Shown: positions 50,248 to 59,258 of the stretch, piece by piece
How the letters are laid out: each line of letters begins with the position of its first letter
Numbering within the stretch: position 1 is the stretch's first letter
Assembly (NCBI GenBank): GCA_944381185.1
Contig: CALWKE010000002.1
Location: 302,882-366,881 of the forward strand
Direction of reading: 5' to 3'
Length of the DNA: 64,000 nt
Source: an uncultured Clostridia bacterium
GTDB lineage: Bacteria > Bacillota > Clostridia > Christensenellales > UBA1242
Notes under the pieces: model-generated
The model's database searches: none
Told to the model about the DNA's origin: nothing
Seen by the model: the letters and a program-made list of their open reading frames with translations, nothing else
Program-made: the position numbers and the translations under genes

Positions 50248-51339
50248 TTAAAATAACGAAACTTCGCATTCAATAAAACAATCAACTCTTGTATATGGTC
50301 CATCTTTGACAATTGAATATGAAACATTATTTTCTTTTGCACCACTAGGAACTTTACTTAACGCATCATTATACGCATTATCCAATATTTCTTTTTGAAC
50401 CTCTTCAAATGGAATAACTTCATTTCTTATTACTGTTTCGTAGTAAATTGTTTCATTACATATTATTGGCAAAATATAATTATTTGAAATATAAAAACTG
50501 CATTTTTTTGTCAAATATGTTGAAAAAGTGCATAAATTTGTATCTTTGATAATATTTTTATTAAAAATTGAATAATCTCTAGTAATAAAAAATTTTCCAG
50601 TTTTTTCAATAAATTGCCTGTTTTCATTATAAATTATGGTTGAAACAAAATAAACATTTCCCTTAACAACTCCACTTGCACCATTTTTATTTAAAATTAA
50701 AACATCTCCCTTTTTAACTATATCGCCAACTTTAACATTTGCCTCTCCAGCAAAAACATCAATATGTGTTATAATTCCATTATAGTTTGAAACTCTATCT
50801 TTTTCATCACTCTCTTCTTTTATTACTGCAGGATAAATATAAATATTTAATTTGCCACCTTGTTTTTTTACTGAACAACCCGCAACATCATCAAGTTCTA
50901 AAAGGATTAATTTTTCAATTTCCTTTGATGAAAATTTAGACTTAAACATACCAGCTTTTATTCCATTTTCTTCTAATACTTCATTAACCTTTTCAATATT
51001 AATTTGTAAATTTGATTCACATTTAACATTAACTTCAAAAACAAATAAATTAAACGCAAACATATAAGCATAAATTATTATTAATGCAACAAATCCGCCT
51101 AACATATATGGCAATTTTGAAAGTACTTGCTTAAAATTATTTCTATAAATAATTGTATAAAACTTATGTTCTTTTTTACAAACATCATTTAGTATTGACA
51201 AATCCTTTTGATTAATTGTAAATTTGATATAATTTTTTTTTGAAACTAAATTATTGATAAAGACATTTTTTGAAATTAATTTTTCAATCAATCTTGACAA
51301 ATTTAATCCCGAAATTTTAACACGAACTTCATTTTTCAT
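50248..51339 (-). CDS. yqfD: Sporulation protein YqfD (SpoIV family)
   Basis: VRVKISGLNLSRLI N-terminus, one TM, VKVGDIVKKGDVLI motif; ATG overlaps the yqfC stop. Confidence 0.8.
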   Translation of the reverse strand: MKNEVRVKISGLNLSRLIEKLISKNVFINNLVSKKNYIKFTINQKDLSILNDVCKKEHKFYTIIYRNNFKQVLSKLPYMLGGFVALIIIYAYMFAFNLFVFEVNVKCESNLQINIEKVNEVLEENGIKAGMFKSKFSSKEIEKLILLELDDVAGCSVKKQGGKLNIYIYPAVIKEESDEKDRVSNYNGIITHIDVFAGEANVKVGDIVKKGDVLILNKNGASGVVKGNVYFVSTIIYNENRQFIEKTGKFFITRDYSIFNKNIIKDTNLCTFSTYLTKKCSFYISNNYILPIICNETIYYETVIRNEVIPFEEVQKEILDNAYNDALSKVPSGAKENNVSYSIVKDGPYTRVDCFIECEVSLF

Positions 51340-51596
51340 AGTCGACACCTTTCAATTTTTATTACTTTGCCTAAAATAACAATTTCACCTTTCGACATTG
51401 TTTTTATAACGAAGTTTTCACCATCTATACAAATCTGCTCATTAAATGATTTTATTAATAATCTATTTTCATTTATATCAATAATTTTAAATTTTCCTAC
51501 TATTTGCACACCAACATCTAAAACAAATGAAATTGTAGTCTTTTCATCAATCTCACTTAAATTAAATGTTTGCATTAAATCATAAAAAAAACTCAT
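51336..51596 (-). CDS. yqfC: YabP/YqfC family sporulation protein
   Basis: 86-aa beta-rich protein (IDGENFVIKTMSKGEIVILG) coupled to yqfD. Confidence 0.72.
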   Translation of the reverse strand: MSFFYDLMQTFNLSEIDEKTTISFVLDVGVQIVGKFKIIDINENRLLIKSFNEQICIDGENFVIKTMSKGEIVILGKVIKIERCRL

Positions 51597-51636
51597 ATTA
51601 AAAAATATGAGTCATTATAATTGATTATTCTTATAG

Positions 51637-52881
51637 TTACTTTTTATTCAAATAAATATCAGCGAATTCAATTGTAGCAATTTTTATATGTTCATAAGTC
51701 AATCCACCTTGAAGATAACAGATATATGGTGGCCTTATCGGACCATCAGCTGAAAGTTCAATTGAAGAACCTTGAATAAATGAACCTGATGCCATAATAA
51801 TTTTATCATTATAACCCGGCATATCCCAAGGAAATGGCACAGCACTGCTATCAACAGGACTCAAACTTTGAATAAGTCTACAAAATTCAATTAGTTTGTC
51901 AGCATCTCCAAATTCAATACTACGAACTATATCATGTGGCATTTGGTCAAGTTTTGGAAAAGATTTAATTCCAAACTTACTTGCAACTTGTCCGAACAAA
52001 ATATTTCCTTTAAGTGCCCCAAGAACAACATGAGGGGCGGAAAAAATTCCTTGAAAAAATGGCGTATAGTTACCCGCATATGAACCCAAATCCATACCAA
52101 TTCCGGGAGCAATAAATCTTGATGAAATTTGCTCAATAACATCTTTTCTTCCAACAATATACCCGCCAGTAGGTGCAATTCCACCGCCTGCATTTTTGAT
52201 TAATGAACCAACCATAACATCAGCACCAACATCACATGGTTCTCTTGTTTCAACAAATTCACCGTAGCAATTATCAACCATAATAATTGCAGTTTTATTA
52301 ACCTTTCTAATTTCCTTTATAACTCTTTCAATTTTTTCAATTGAAAGTGACTCTCTTGTTGTATAACCTCTTGAACGTTGAATATAAATTAATTTGGGGT
52401 TAATTTTTGAAAGTCTATCTAAAATTTTTTCTAAATCAAAATCATTATCTTTAAGTTCAACATCTTCATACTTAATTTTAAAATCTTTTAATGAACCAAT
52501 ATTTTCTCCAAAGATAACATTAATAAGTGTGTCATATGGTTTTCCAGTTAAAGAAAACATAATATCATCAGGACGAAGAATACCAAAAAGTGCAACCGTC
52601 AGTGAATGTGTTCCACTTGTAAGAAGTGGGCTAACAATTCCAGTTTCTCCGCCAAATGCTCTTGCATAAATTTCAGCAAGTTTATGTTTTGCCCTATCAT
52701 CATCTCCATAACCAGTTGAATATGCAATATCACTTAATTGAATATTTGCATCACGAAAAGCATCTAACACTTTCTTTTGATTTATCAAACAAATCTCTTC
52801 AAGTTTTTTAAAAATTTCACTGCATTCTTGTTCTGCAACATTAACTAATTTTAACGCTTCATTATTTATCATTTTAACCAT
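51637..52881 (-). CDS. YnbB-like PLP enzyme (methionine gamma-lyase / aluminium resistance family)
   Basis: STGYG, SGTH, QRSRGY, VDNCYGEF, GSLIKNAGGG, GSSIELSADGP. Confidence 0.92.
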   Translation of the reverse strand: MVKMINNEALKLVNVAEQECSEIFKKLEEICLINQKKVLDAFRDANIQLSDIAYSTGYGDDDRAKHKLAEIYARAFGGETGIVSPLLTSGTHSLTVALFGILRPDDIMFSLTGKPYDTLINVIFGENIGSLKDFKIKYEDVELKDNDFDLEKILDRLSKINPKLIYIQRSRGYTTRESLSIEKIERVIKEIRKVNKTAIIMVDNCYGEFVETREPCDVGADVMVGSLIKNAGGGIAPTGGYIVGRKDVIEQISSRFIAPGIGMDLGSYAGNYTPFFQGIFSAPHVVLGALKGNILFGQVASKFGIKSFPKLDQMPHDIVRSIEFGDADKLIEFCRLIQSLSPVDSSAVPFPWDMPGYNDKIIMASGSFIQGSSIELSADGPIRPPYICYLQGGLTYEHIKIATIEFADIYLNKK

Positions 52882-52992
52882 TCCTTTTGTAAAATTTTAT
52901 TATATTTTATTAAAAATATACATTTTAACTACGAAATTATCATCTAAAATAAAAGTGTAAAAATCAATTTAATTTATTTGATTTTATACATT

Positions 52993-55026
52993 TTATACAA
53001 TTCTTTTAAACCACTTTTCAATTTCAGCTTTTGTTATTCTAACAACAACTGGCCTGCCATGTGGACAAAATAAAGTAATATTTTTCTCACTCATCTCATA
53101 CAAAAGTTTGTCAATTTCGTCTTTTGAAAGGTTGTCACCACCTTTAATTGCACTTTTGCATGCCATTTGCATAAGTGAATCTTTAACAAGTTCAGCTTCT
53201 GTTATTTTATTTTTATTAATTTTCTCCGCTAAAAACATTGAGAAGAATTTATTAAAGTCTATATCTGAAACAATTGCAGGCACAGAAGATATTTTATAAG
53301 TTCTCTCACCAAACTCTTCAATATCAAAACCAACTGAACGAATGGCATCTAAATTATCAAACACAATTTGACTATCTTCAGCATTAAGCGAAAGCACAAA
53401 AGGAATTAACATAGGTTGAACAACAATGTCTCCTTTTTCATATTCGGCTTTAAGCTTTTCATATCTAATCCTTTCATGTGCTGCATGCTGGTCAATTAAA
53501 TATAAATTATCTCCCCATTCCAAAATCAAATACGTATTAAATGCTTTTCCAATAAATTTAATTTCATTATCAGCAAATCTTGTTTGTTCAACACTTGGTT
53601 TAATATAATTAAATTTATTTTCTTCTTTTGTAAAAGCAAAATTACCCTCTTCAATAGTTTCATTATTATAACTTTGTGAGCATATATTATTTGAATTTTT
53701 ATCAGTTAAATTTTTATTTTCGATAACAGGTTTTCCATTGTCATAACCTTGAGAATCATAAGCATCTCTGTCATGCATACTCACTTTTTCATTAATTCTT
53801 TCTAAAAGTTTTGAACCAAGCCCAAAATTATCACGGACACCATCATTATCTGAAATAGAAATCATTGAATCAATAATTGTGTCATTAAGTTTTTCTTTTT
53901 GCTCATTAGTCATCTCATCAAAATTTGATGAAAAAGGATTAAGATTAACCCCTGCCTTATCAATTTTACCATTTGATGAGTTTTGTCTGCCTAAAAATGA
54001 AATATTTGCATTAATATCACTATCAATCGCTTTAACATAATCCATTTCATTTAATGCTCTTGACACTGCTTCAAACACAACAGAATAAATAAGAGATGTC
54101 TTTAAAAATTTTACGTCAAGTTTATTTGGATGAACATTAACATCAACTTCATCAGCTGGAAGTGATAAATATAACACAAAAAATGGATATTGCCTTTTCA
54201 TCAAAAAGTCTCCATAAGCGTTTGCCACCGCCGTTTGAACAGTTAAATTAATAACATATCTTCCGTTAACAATAAGTGTTTGATAGGTTCTATTTGACTT
54301 TGAATATGTTGGTTTTCCAACAAAACCGTGAACTTCAACGCCTTCTCTTTTTGCATAAACTTCCAACGTTTCATTAACAGATTCTTTGCCATAAACTGAA
54401 AACATTGCTTCTTTTTCTGTTTTGCCAATAGATGACATAACTTGTTTTCCATCAACAATATAAATAAAATTAATATCTGGGTGAGCCAAAACTGTTCTGG
54501 TAATTATATTAGTAATCTCTTGTTCTTCAGTTTTGTTTTTCTTTAAAAATTTAGCACGAGCAGGAACACAATAAAACAAATCTTTAACTGTTATTGTTGT
54601 TCCAACATTAGTTGAAACCTTTTTTATTTCTCCAAACTTTCCGCCTTCAATAGAAATTGAATTGCCAACATCATCAGTAACTGTTTTAGATGTCAAAGTA
54701 ACTTTTGAAACTGCTGCTATTGATGCCAAAGCCTCACCACGAAAACCTAGCGTTAAAATAGAGTCTAAATCGCCGGCATTTTTAATTTTGCTTGTAGCAT
54801 GAGGCAAAAATGCAGACTTCAAATCACTTTCTTCAATTCCACTGCCGTCATCTGAAACTTGAATAAATGTCGTTCCACCATTTTTTATTTCAATAGTTAT
54901 ATTTTTTGCACCTGCATCAATAGAATTTTCAACAAGTTCTTTAACAACCGAAGCTGGTCTTTCAACAACTTCACCAGCGGCAATCAGGTTATAAACTGAC
55001 GAATCTAAAATATTAATTTTTGACAT
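52993..55026 (-). CDS. mutL: Mismatch repair endonuclease MutL
   Basis: IAAGEVVERP, GFRGEAL, DQHAAHER, CPHGRP. Confidence 0.98.
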   Translation of the reverse strand: MSKINILDSSVYNLIAAGEVVERPASVVKELVENSIDAGAKNITIEIKNGGTTFIQVSDDGSGIEESDLKSAFLPHATSKIKNAGDLDSILTLGFRGEALASIAAVSKVTLTSKTVTDDVGNSISIEGGKFGEIKKVSTNVGTTITVKDLFYCVPARAKFLKKNKTEEQEITNIITRTVLAHPDINFIYIVDGKQVMSSIGKTEKEAMFSVYGKESVNETLEVYAKREGVEVHGFVGKPTYSKSNRTYQTLIVNGRYVINLTVQTAVANAYGDFLMKRQYPFFVLYLSLPADEVDVNVHPNKLDVKFLKTSLIYSVVFEAVSRALNEMDYVKAIDSDINANISFLGRQNSSNGKIDKAGVNLNPFSSNFDEMTNEQKEKLNDTIIDSMISISDNDGVRDNFGLGSKLLERINEKVSMHDRDAYDSQGYDNGKPVIENKNLTDKNSNNICSQSYNNETIEEGNFAFTKEENKFNYIKPSVEQTRFADNEIKFIGKAFNTYLILEWGDNLYLIDQHAAHERIRYEKLKAEYEKGDIVVQPMLIPFVLSLNAEDSQIVFDNLDAIRSVGFDIEEFGERTYKISSVPAIVSDIDFNKFFSMFLAEKINKNKITEAELVKDSLMQMACKSAIKGGDNLSKDEIDKLLYEMSEKNITLFCPHGRPVVVRITKAEIEKWFKRIV

Positions 55027-55046
55027 AAAGCCTCCGTAATGTCTTA

Positions 55047-57623
55047 CTATTTTTTAACTTTATCAACCAAATTTTGTAATGTTCCAAAAGCCATAAGTGG
55101 CGAAATATTATTCATATCCATTTCTTTTAACACATTAATAACTTCCGCAACATTAGCATTAGTTTCAAACTCTGGTTTAATATTTGTTTGTCGTGAAACA
55201 TTTCCTGCACTTTCTCTTTCATTCAAAATTTCTTTTGCCCGTGAAATGAGCTCATCTGGAAGTCCCGCAAGTTTAGCAACTTCAATACCAAAACTTCTGT
55301 TTGCAGAACCTCTTGCAATCTTGTGCAAAAACACAATGTTTCCGTCCCACTCTTTAACCATAACACGATAATTTTTAACACCTTCAACTCTGCCTTCCAA
55401 ATCAGTAAGTTCGTGATAGTGCGTTGAAAATAAAGTTTTTGCATGAAGATGTTTAGATAGATATTCAATTATTGCTGATGCAATACTCATGCCGTCATAA
55501 GTTGAAGTTCCCCTTCCAACTTCATCAAGAATAATCAAACTTTTATCAGTTGCATTGTTTATAATGTTTGAAACTTCACTCATCTCAACCATGAATGTAC
55601 TTTGACCAAAAGCAAGGTCATCAGATGCACCAACTCTGGTAAACACTCTGTCAATTATTGAAATTTCTGCTGATTTTGCTGGAACAAAACAGCCCATATG
55701 CGCCATTAGTGTTATTATTGCAACTTGTCTCATATAAGTGCTTTTACCAGCCATATTAGGTCCGGTAATAAGCATTGTTCTATTCTCGCCAGCATCAAGA
55801 TTTGTGTCATTCGGCGAAAATTCTTGACCTTCCATCATTGCTTCAACCACTGGGTGTCTTCCAGCCTCAATCTTGATATGATTGATATTTGAAGAAATAA
55901 TTGGTCTGCAATAATTATAATTGGCAGAAACCTCAGCAAAAGAAGAAAGCGTGTCACATAGAGCAATTGAAGATGAAATATCCGCAAGTTCACTTAAATA
56001 AGAAGAAAGATATGTTTTTATCTCCGCATAAATTTTAGCTTCAAGTTCAATAGCTTGTTCTTTGCTGTTTAAAATTTTATACTCCATTTCTTTAAGTTCT
56101 GGCGTAATATATCTTTCACTATTTGTTGTTGTTTGTTTTCTTATATAAGTGTCAGGCACAAGTGAAAGACCCGAATTTGTAACTTCAATATAATATCCAA
56201 AAACTCTGTTATAGCCCGTTTTTAAATTTTTAATACCCGTCTTCTCTTTTTGGTCTTTTTCATATTCTGCAAGCCATTGCTTTCCAAACTCACCTGCATT
56301 TCGAAGTTTATAAAGTTCTTCATTAAATGATGACAAAATATAACCACCATCTTTCAAATTTGCAGGAGCATTTGGGTCAATGGCATCATCTAAAACTTTT
56401 TTGATATCATTCAAAAGAACTATTTTTTCATTTGCATCAACCAAAAGTTTTGATTTACAAGACGACAAAATTTTCTTAATTTCAGGAAGTTTTCCAAGAG
56501 TTTCTGATAAACTTAAACATTCTTTAGGTGTTATTGTTCCAGCAGAAATCTTGCTACATTTACGTTCAATATCTGAAAATCCATCAAGGGCATCAATCAA
56601 ATTATTTCTTAAAATTAAATCATTTTTTAATTCTTCAACACTGTCAAGCCTTTCATTAATCAAAACATCATCACGAAGTGGTTGGTCAATAAATGTTTTT
56701 AAAAGTCTGCCACCCATTGATGTTTTTGTTTTATCAAGAAGCCACAAAAGTGAACCTTTCTTCTGATTTAATGAATTACTTTGAGTCAGTTCTAAATTTT
56801 TACGTGCCAAAATATCAAGATGAACAAATCTTTCATCTTGAATAATTGATAATTTTTTAATATTAGAAATCAATCTTTTTTGTGTTTCTTCAAAATATAA
56901 AAGTGCTCCACCAACTGCAAGAGTCATTTGTTTTTTATCAGATAACCCAAGAGCAGATAAATTATTAACAGCAAACTGTTTTAGAATAATGTTTTTTGCT
57001 TTAGACATTTCAAATAATTCATCTTTTGGATAAAATTGTGGAACATAACCAAGTTTTACAGCCGACAAATTAAACGATTCAGTCATAAAACTTAAATTAC
57101 ACAGAACTTCCGATGGTTTTATTCTTGCAAGAACATCATCTAAAAGTTTAAATTTTTCATTTCCAACAAGTTCAGTAGTTTCAATAAACCCTGTTGAGAT
57201 ATCACTATAACACACACCAATAGCATTTTTATCAGCATAAACAATCATTAAAAAATTGTTTCTCTTTGCATCTAAAATATCATTTTCAATGACTGTTCCG
57301 GGGGTAACTATTTGAATGACATCTCTTTTCACTAAACCCTTTGATGCTTTAGGGTCTGAAAGTTGCTCACAAATTGCAACCCTGTAGCCGTTTGAAATAA
57401 GCCTTGAAATATATGTCGTAGCTGCGTGATATGGAATTCCACACATAGGTGCTCTTTTATCAAGCCCACAATCCTTTCCAGTTAAAGTAAGTTCTAGTTC
57501 TTTTGAAACAATTTCAGCGTCTTCAAAAAACATCTCATAAAAATCACCCAGTCTATAAAAAAGAATTGTATCTGGATATTTTTCTTTCATTTCCAAGTAA
57601 TGTTTCATCATTGGCGATAACAT
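55047..57623 (-). CDS. mutS: Mismatch repair protein MutS
   Basis: GDFYEMF, TGPNMAGKSTYMRQ, DEVGRGTST. Confidence 0.98.
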   Translation of the reverse strand: MLSPMMKHYLEMKEKYPDTILFYRLGDFYEMFFEDAEIVSKELELTLTGKDCGLDKRAPMCGIPYHAATTYISRLISNGYRVAICEQLSDPKASKGLVKRDVIQIVTPGTVIENDILDAKRNNFLMIVYADKNAIGVCYSDISTGFIETTELVGNEKFKLLDDVLARIKPSEVLCNLSFMTESFNLSAVKLGYVPQFYPKDELFEMSKAKNIILKQFAVNNLSALGLSDKKQMTLAVGGALLYFEETQKRLISNIKKLSIIQDERFVHLDILARKNLELTQSNSLNQKKGSLLWLLDKTKTSMGGRLLKTFIDQPLRDDVLINERLDSVEELKNDLILRNNLIDALDGFSDIERKCSKISAGTITPKECLSLSETLGKLPEIKKILSSCKSKLLVDANEKIVLLNDIKKVLDDAIDPNAPANLKDGGYILSSFNEELYKLRNAGEFGKQWLAEYEKDQKEKTGIKNLKTGYNRVFGYYIEVTNSGLSLVPDTYIRKQTTTNSERYITPELKEMEYKILNSKEQAIELEAKIYAEIKTYLSSYLSELADISSSIALCDTLSSFAEVSANYNYCRPIISSNINHIKIEAGRHPVVEAMMEGQEFSPNDTNLDAGENRTMLITGPNMAGKSTYMRQVAIITLMAHMGCFVPAKSAEISIIDRVFTRVGASDDLAFGQSTFMVEMSEVSNIINNATDKSLIILDEVGRGTSTYDGMSIASAIIEYLSKHLHAKTLFSTHYHELTDLEGRVEGVKNYRVMVKEWDGNIVFLHKIARGSANRSFGIEVAKLAGLPDELISRAKEILNERESAGNVSRQTNIKPEFETNANVAEVINVLKEMDMNNISPLMAFGTLQNLVDKVKK

Positions 57624-57638
57624 AGTTCACCCCATTCG

Positions 57639-59120
57639 TTAGTTTTTAGATTTAAAATCATTTTGCAATTTCTTTTTATTTTTATTTTCTCTTAAAAGTT
57701 TCATTGATTTTTGGTCTTTTGGCAGAATTGAAACTTCTAACGGATTTTTAAAAGACTTTTCTTTAAAATCTTTAATCCTTTCATCATCAACAATTTCACC
57801 ATATAAAACAGACTTTCTAACTTGAACAACTTTAACATCAACAAATTCGCCAACACAATTTTTTGAGCCTTTAAATGTTATTGTTTTCCCCGAGTCAAGT
57901 GAGCCATAAAGCACACCATTTTCATTATAACTTTCAACTAAAACACTGTAAGTCTTTCCAAGCATGTTTTGACACATTCGGTTAACAATTTCATTTTTTA
58001 CTGCAAGAAGTTTTGAAAGTCTTTCCTTTTTTGTTTTTGTGTCAATTTGGTCCTTCATTTTTTCAGCAACAGTTCCCTTTCGTTTTGAATATAAAAAACC
58101 AAAAATCTGCATGTATTCAACTTTTTTTATAACATCAATTGTTTCGTTAAAATCCTCTTCTGTTTCGCCGGGAAATCCAACGATAATATCAGTAGTAAAT
58201 TCAGCATCAGGAATTTTATCTTTAATTTTATTAATTAAATTTAAATATTGTTCCTTTGTATATTTTCTGTTCATTGATGCTAATATTTTGTCGCTACCCG
58301 ATTGCACTGGAAGATGAATTCCATGACAAATATGTTTTGATTTTGAAATAACATCAATAACTTCGTCTGATAAATCTTTTGGGTGAGAAGTCATAAATCT
58401 TATTCTAAAATCACCAGCAAGTTCATCAATGTCAAGCAATAATTTAGCAAAGGTAACTTCATTTCCGTGTTCATCTAAACCTTTATATGAATTTACATTT
58501 TGCCCTAAAAGTGTAATTTGCTTATAACCTTCTGATATAAGCCCCTTAACTTCCAACAAAATATCTTCTTCCGGTCTTGAAACCTCTCTTCCTCTAACAT
58601 AAGGAACAATGCAATAGGTGCAAAAATTATTGCAACCATACATAATGTTTACCCATGCATTCACACCACTGGTTCTGCAAATATGAAGTTTATCTCGAAG
58701 AGCAATAGTTTCATCTTCAGTTATATTAACAACCTTTTTACCCGAATTTATTCGACTCTTTAAAAACTTATCAAAATCTGCAAGATTGTGCGTGCCAAAA
58801 ATAATATCCACAAAAGGATATCTTTTCATAATTTCATCAGCATACTTTTGTTGCTGACTCATGCAACCACCAATTGCAATAATCATGTCAGGTTTTGCTA
58901 ATTTAATATTTTTAAGTTCACCAATGTTACCAAAAATCTTTTGTTCAGCACTCTCACGAATTGCACAAGTATTAAAAACAACAATATCAGCACTCACAGC
59001 ATCGGTGCAAGGCTCATAACCATTATCCTCTAATATTCCCGCAAGTTTTTCAGATTCATGAACATTCATCTGACAACCATAAGTTAAAATTAAGTATTTT
59101 CTTTTGTCATTATTAATCAT
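57639..59120 (-). CDS. miaB: tRNA methylthiotransferase MiaB
   Basis: TYGCQMN, CNNFCTYC, RFMTSHP, TRAM domain. Confidence 0.95.
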   Translation of the reverse strand: MINNDKRKYLILTYGCQMNVHESEKLAGILEDNGYEPCTDAVSADIVVFNTCAIRESAEQKIFGNIGELKNIKLAKPDMIIAIGGCMSQQQKYADEIMKRYPFVDIIFGTHNLADFDKFLKSRINSGKKVVNITEDETIALRDKLHICRTSGVNAWVNIMYGCNNFCTYCIVPYVRGREVSRPEEDILLEVKGLISEGYKQITLLGQNVNSYKGLDEHGNEVTFAKLLLDIDELAGDFRIRFMTSHPKDLSDEVIDVISKSKHICHGIHLPVQSGSDKILASMNRKYTKEQYLNLINKIKDKIPDAEFTTDIIVGFPGETEEDFNETIDVIKKVEYMQIFGFLYSKRKGTVAEKMKDQIDTKTKKERLSKLLAVKNEIVNRMCQNMLGKTYSVLVESYNENGVLYGSLDSGKTITFKGSKNCVGEFVDVKVVQVRKSVLYGEIVDDERIKDFKEKSFKNPLEVSILPKDQKSMKLLRENKNKKKLQNDFKSKN

Positions 59121-59258
59121 ATTATCCCCACTATAACAAACTAATTATATATTATTTAAATAATAAATTCAACAAAAACTAAAAATAAAATTAGAAAGCA
59201 AACATTAGGTGTATAAAAAAACTAGTTGTCGAAAATAATAAAATTAAGGAAATTTTTG

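Noticed and set aside
55584-55590. Another CTCAACC/GGTTGAG heptamer
   Set aside because: It encodes the conserved MutS MVEM motif and has no flanking stem.
59136-59163. dif-like TATATATTATTTAAAT
   Set aside because: The XerC arm does not match; better explained as the AT-rich miaB promoter region.
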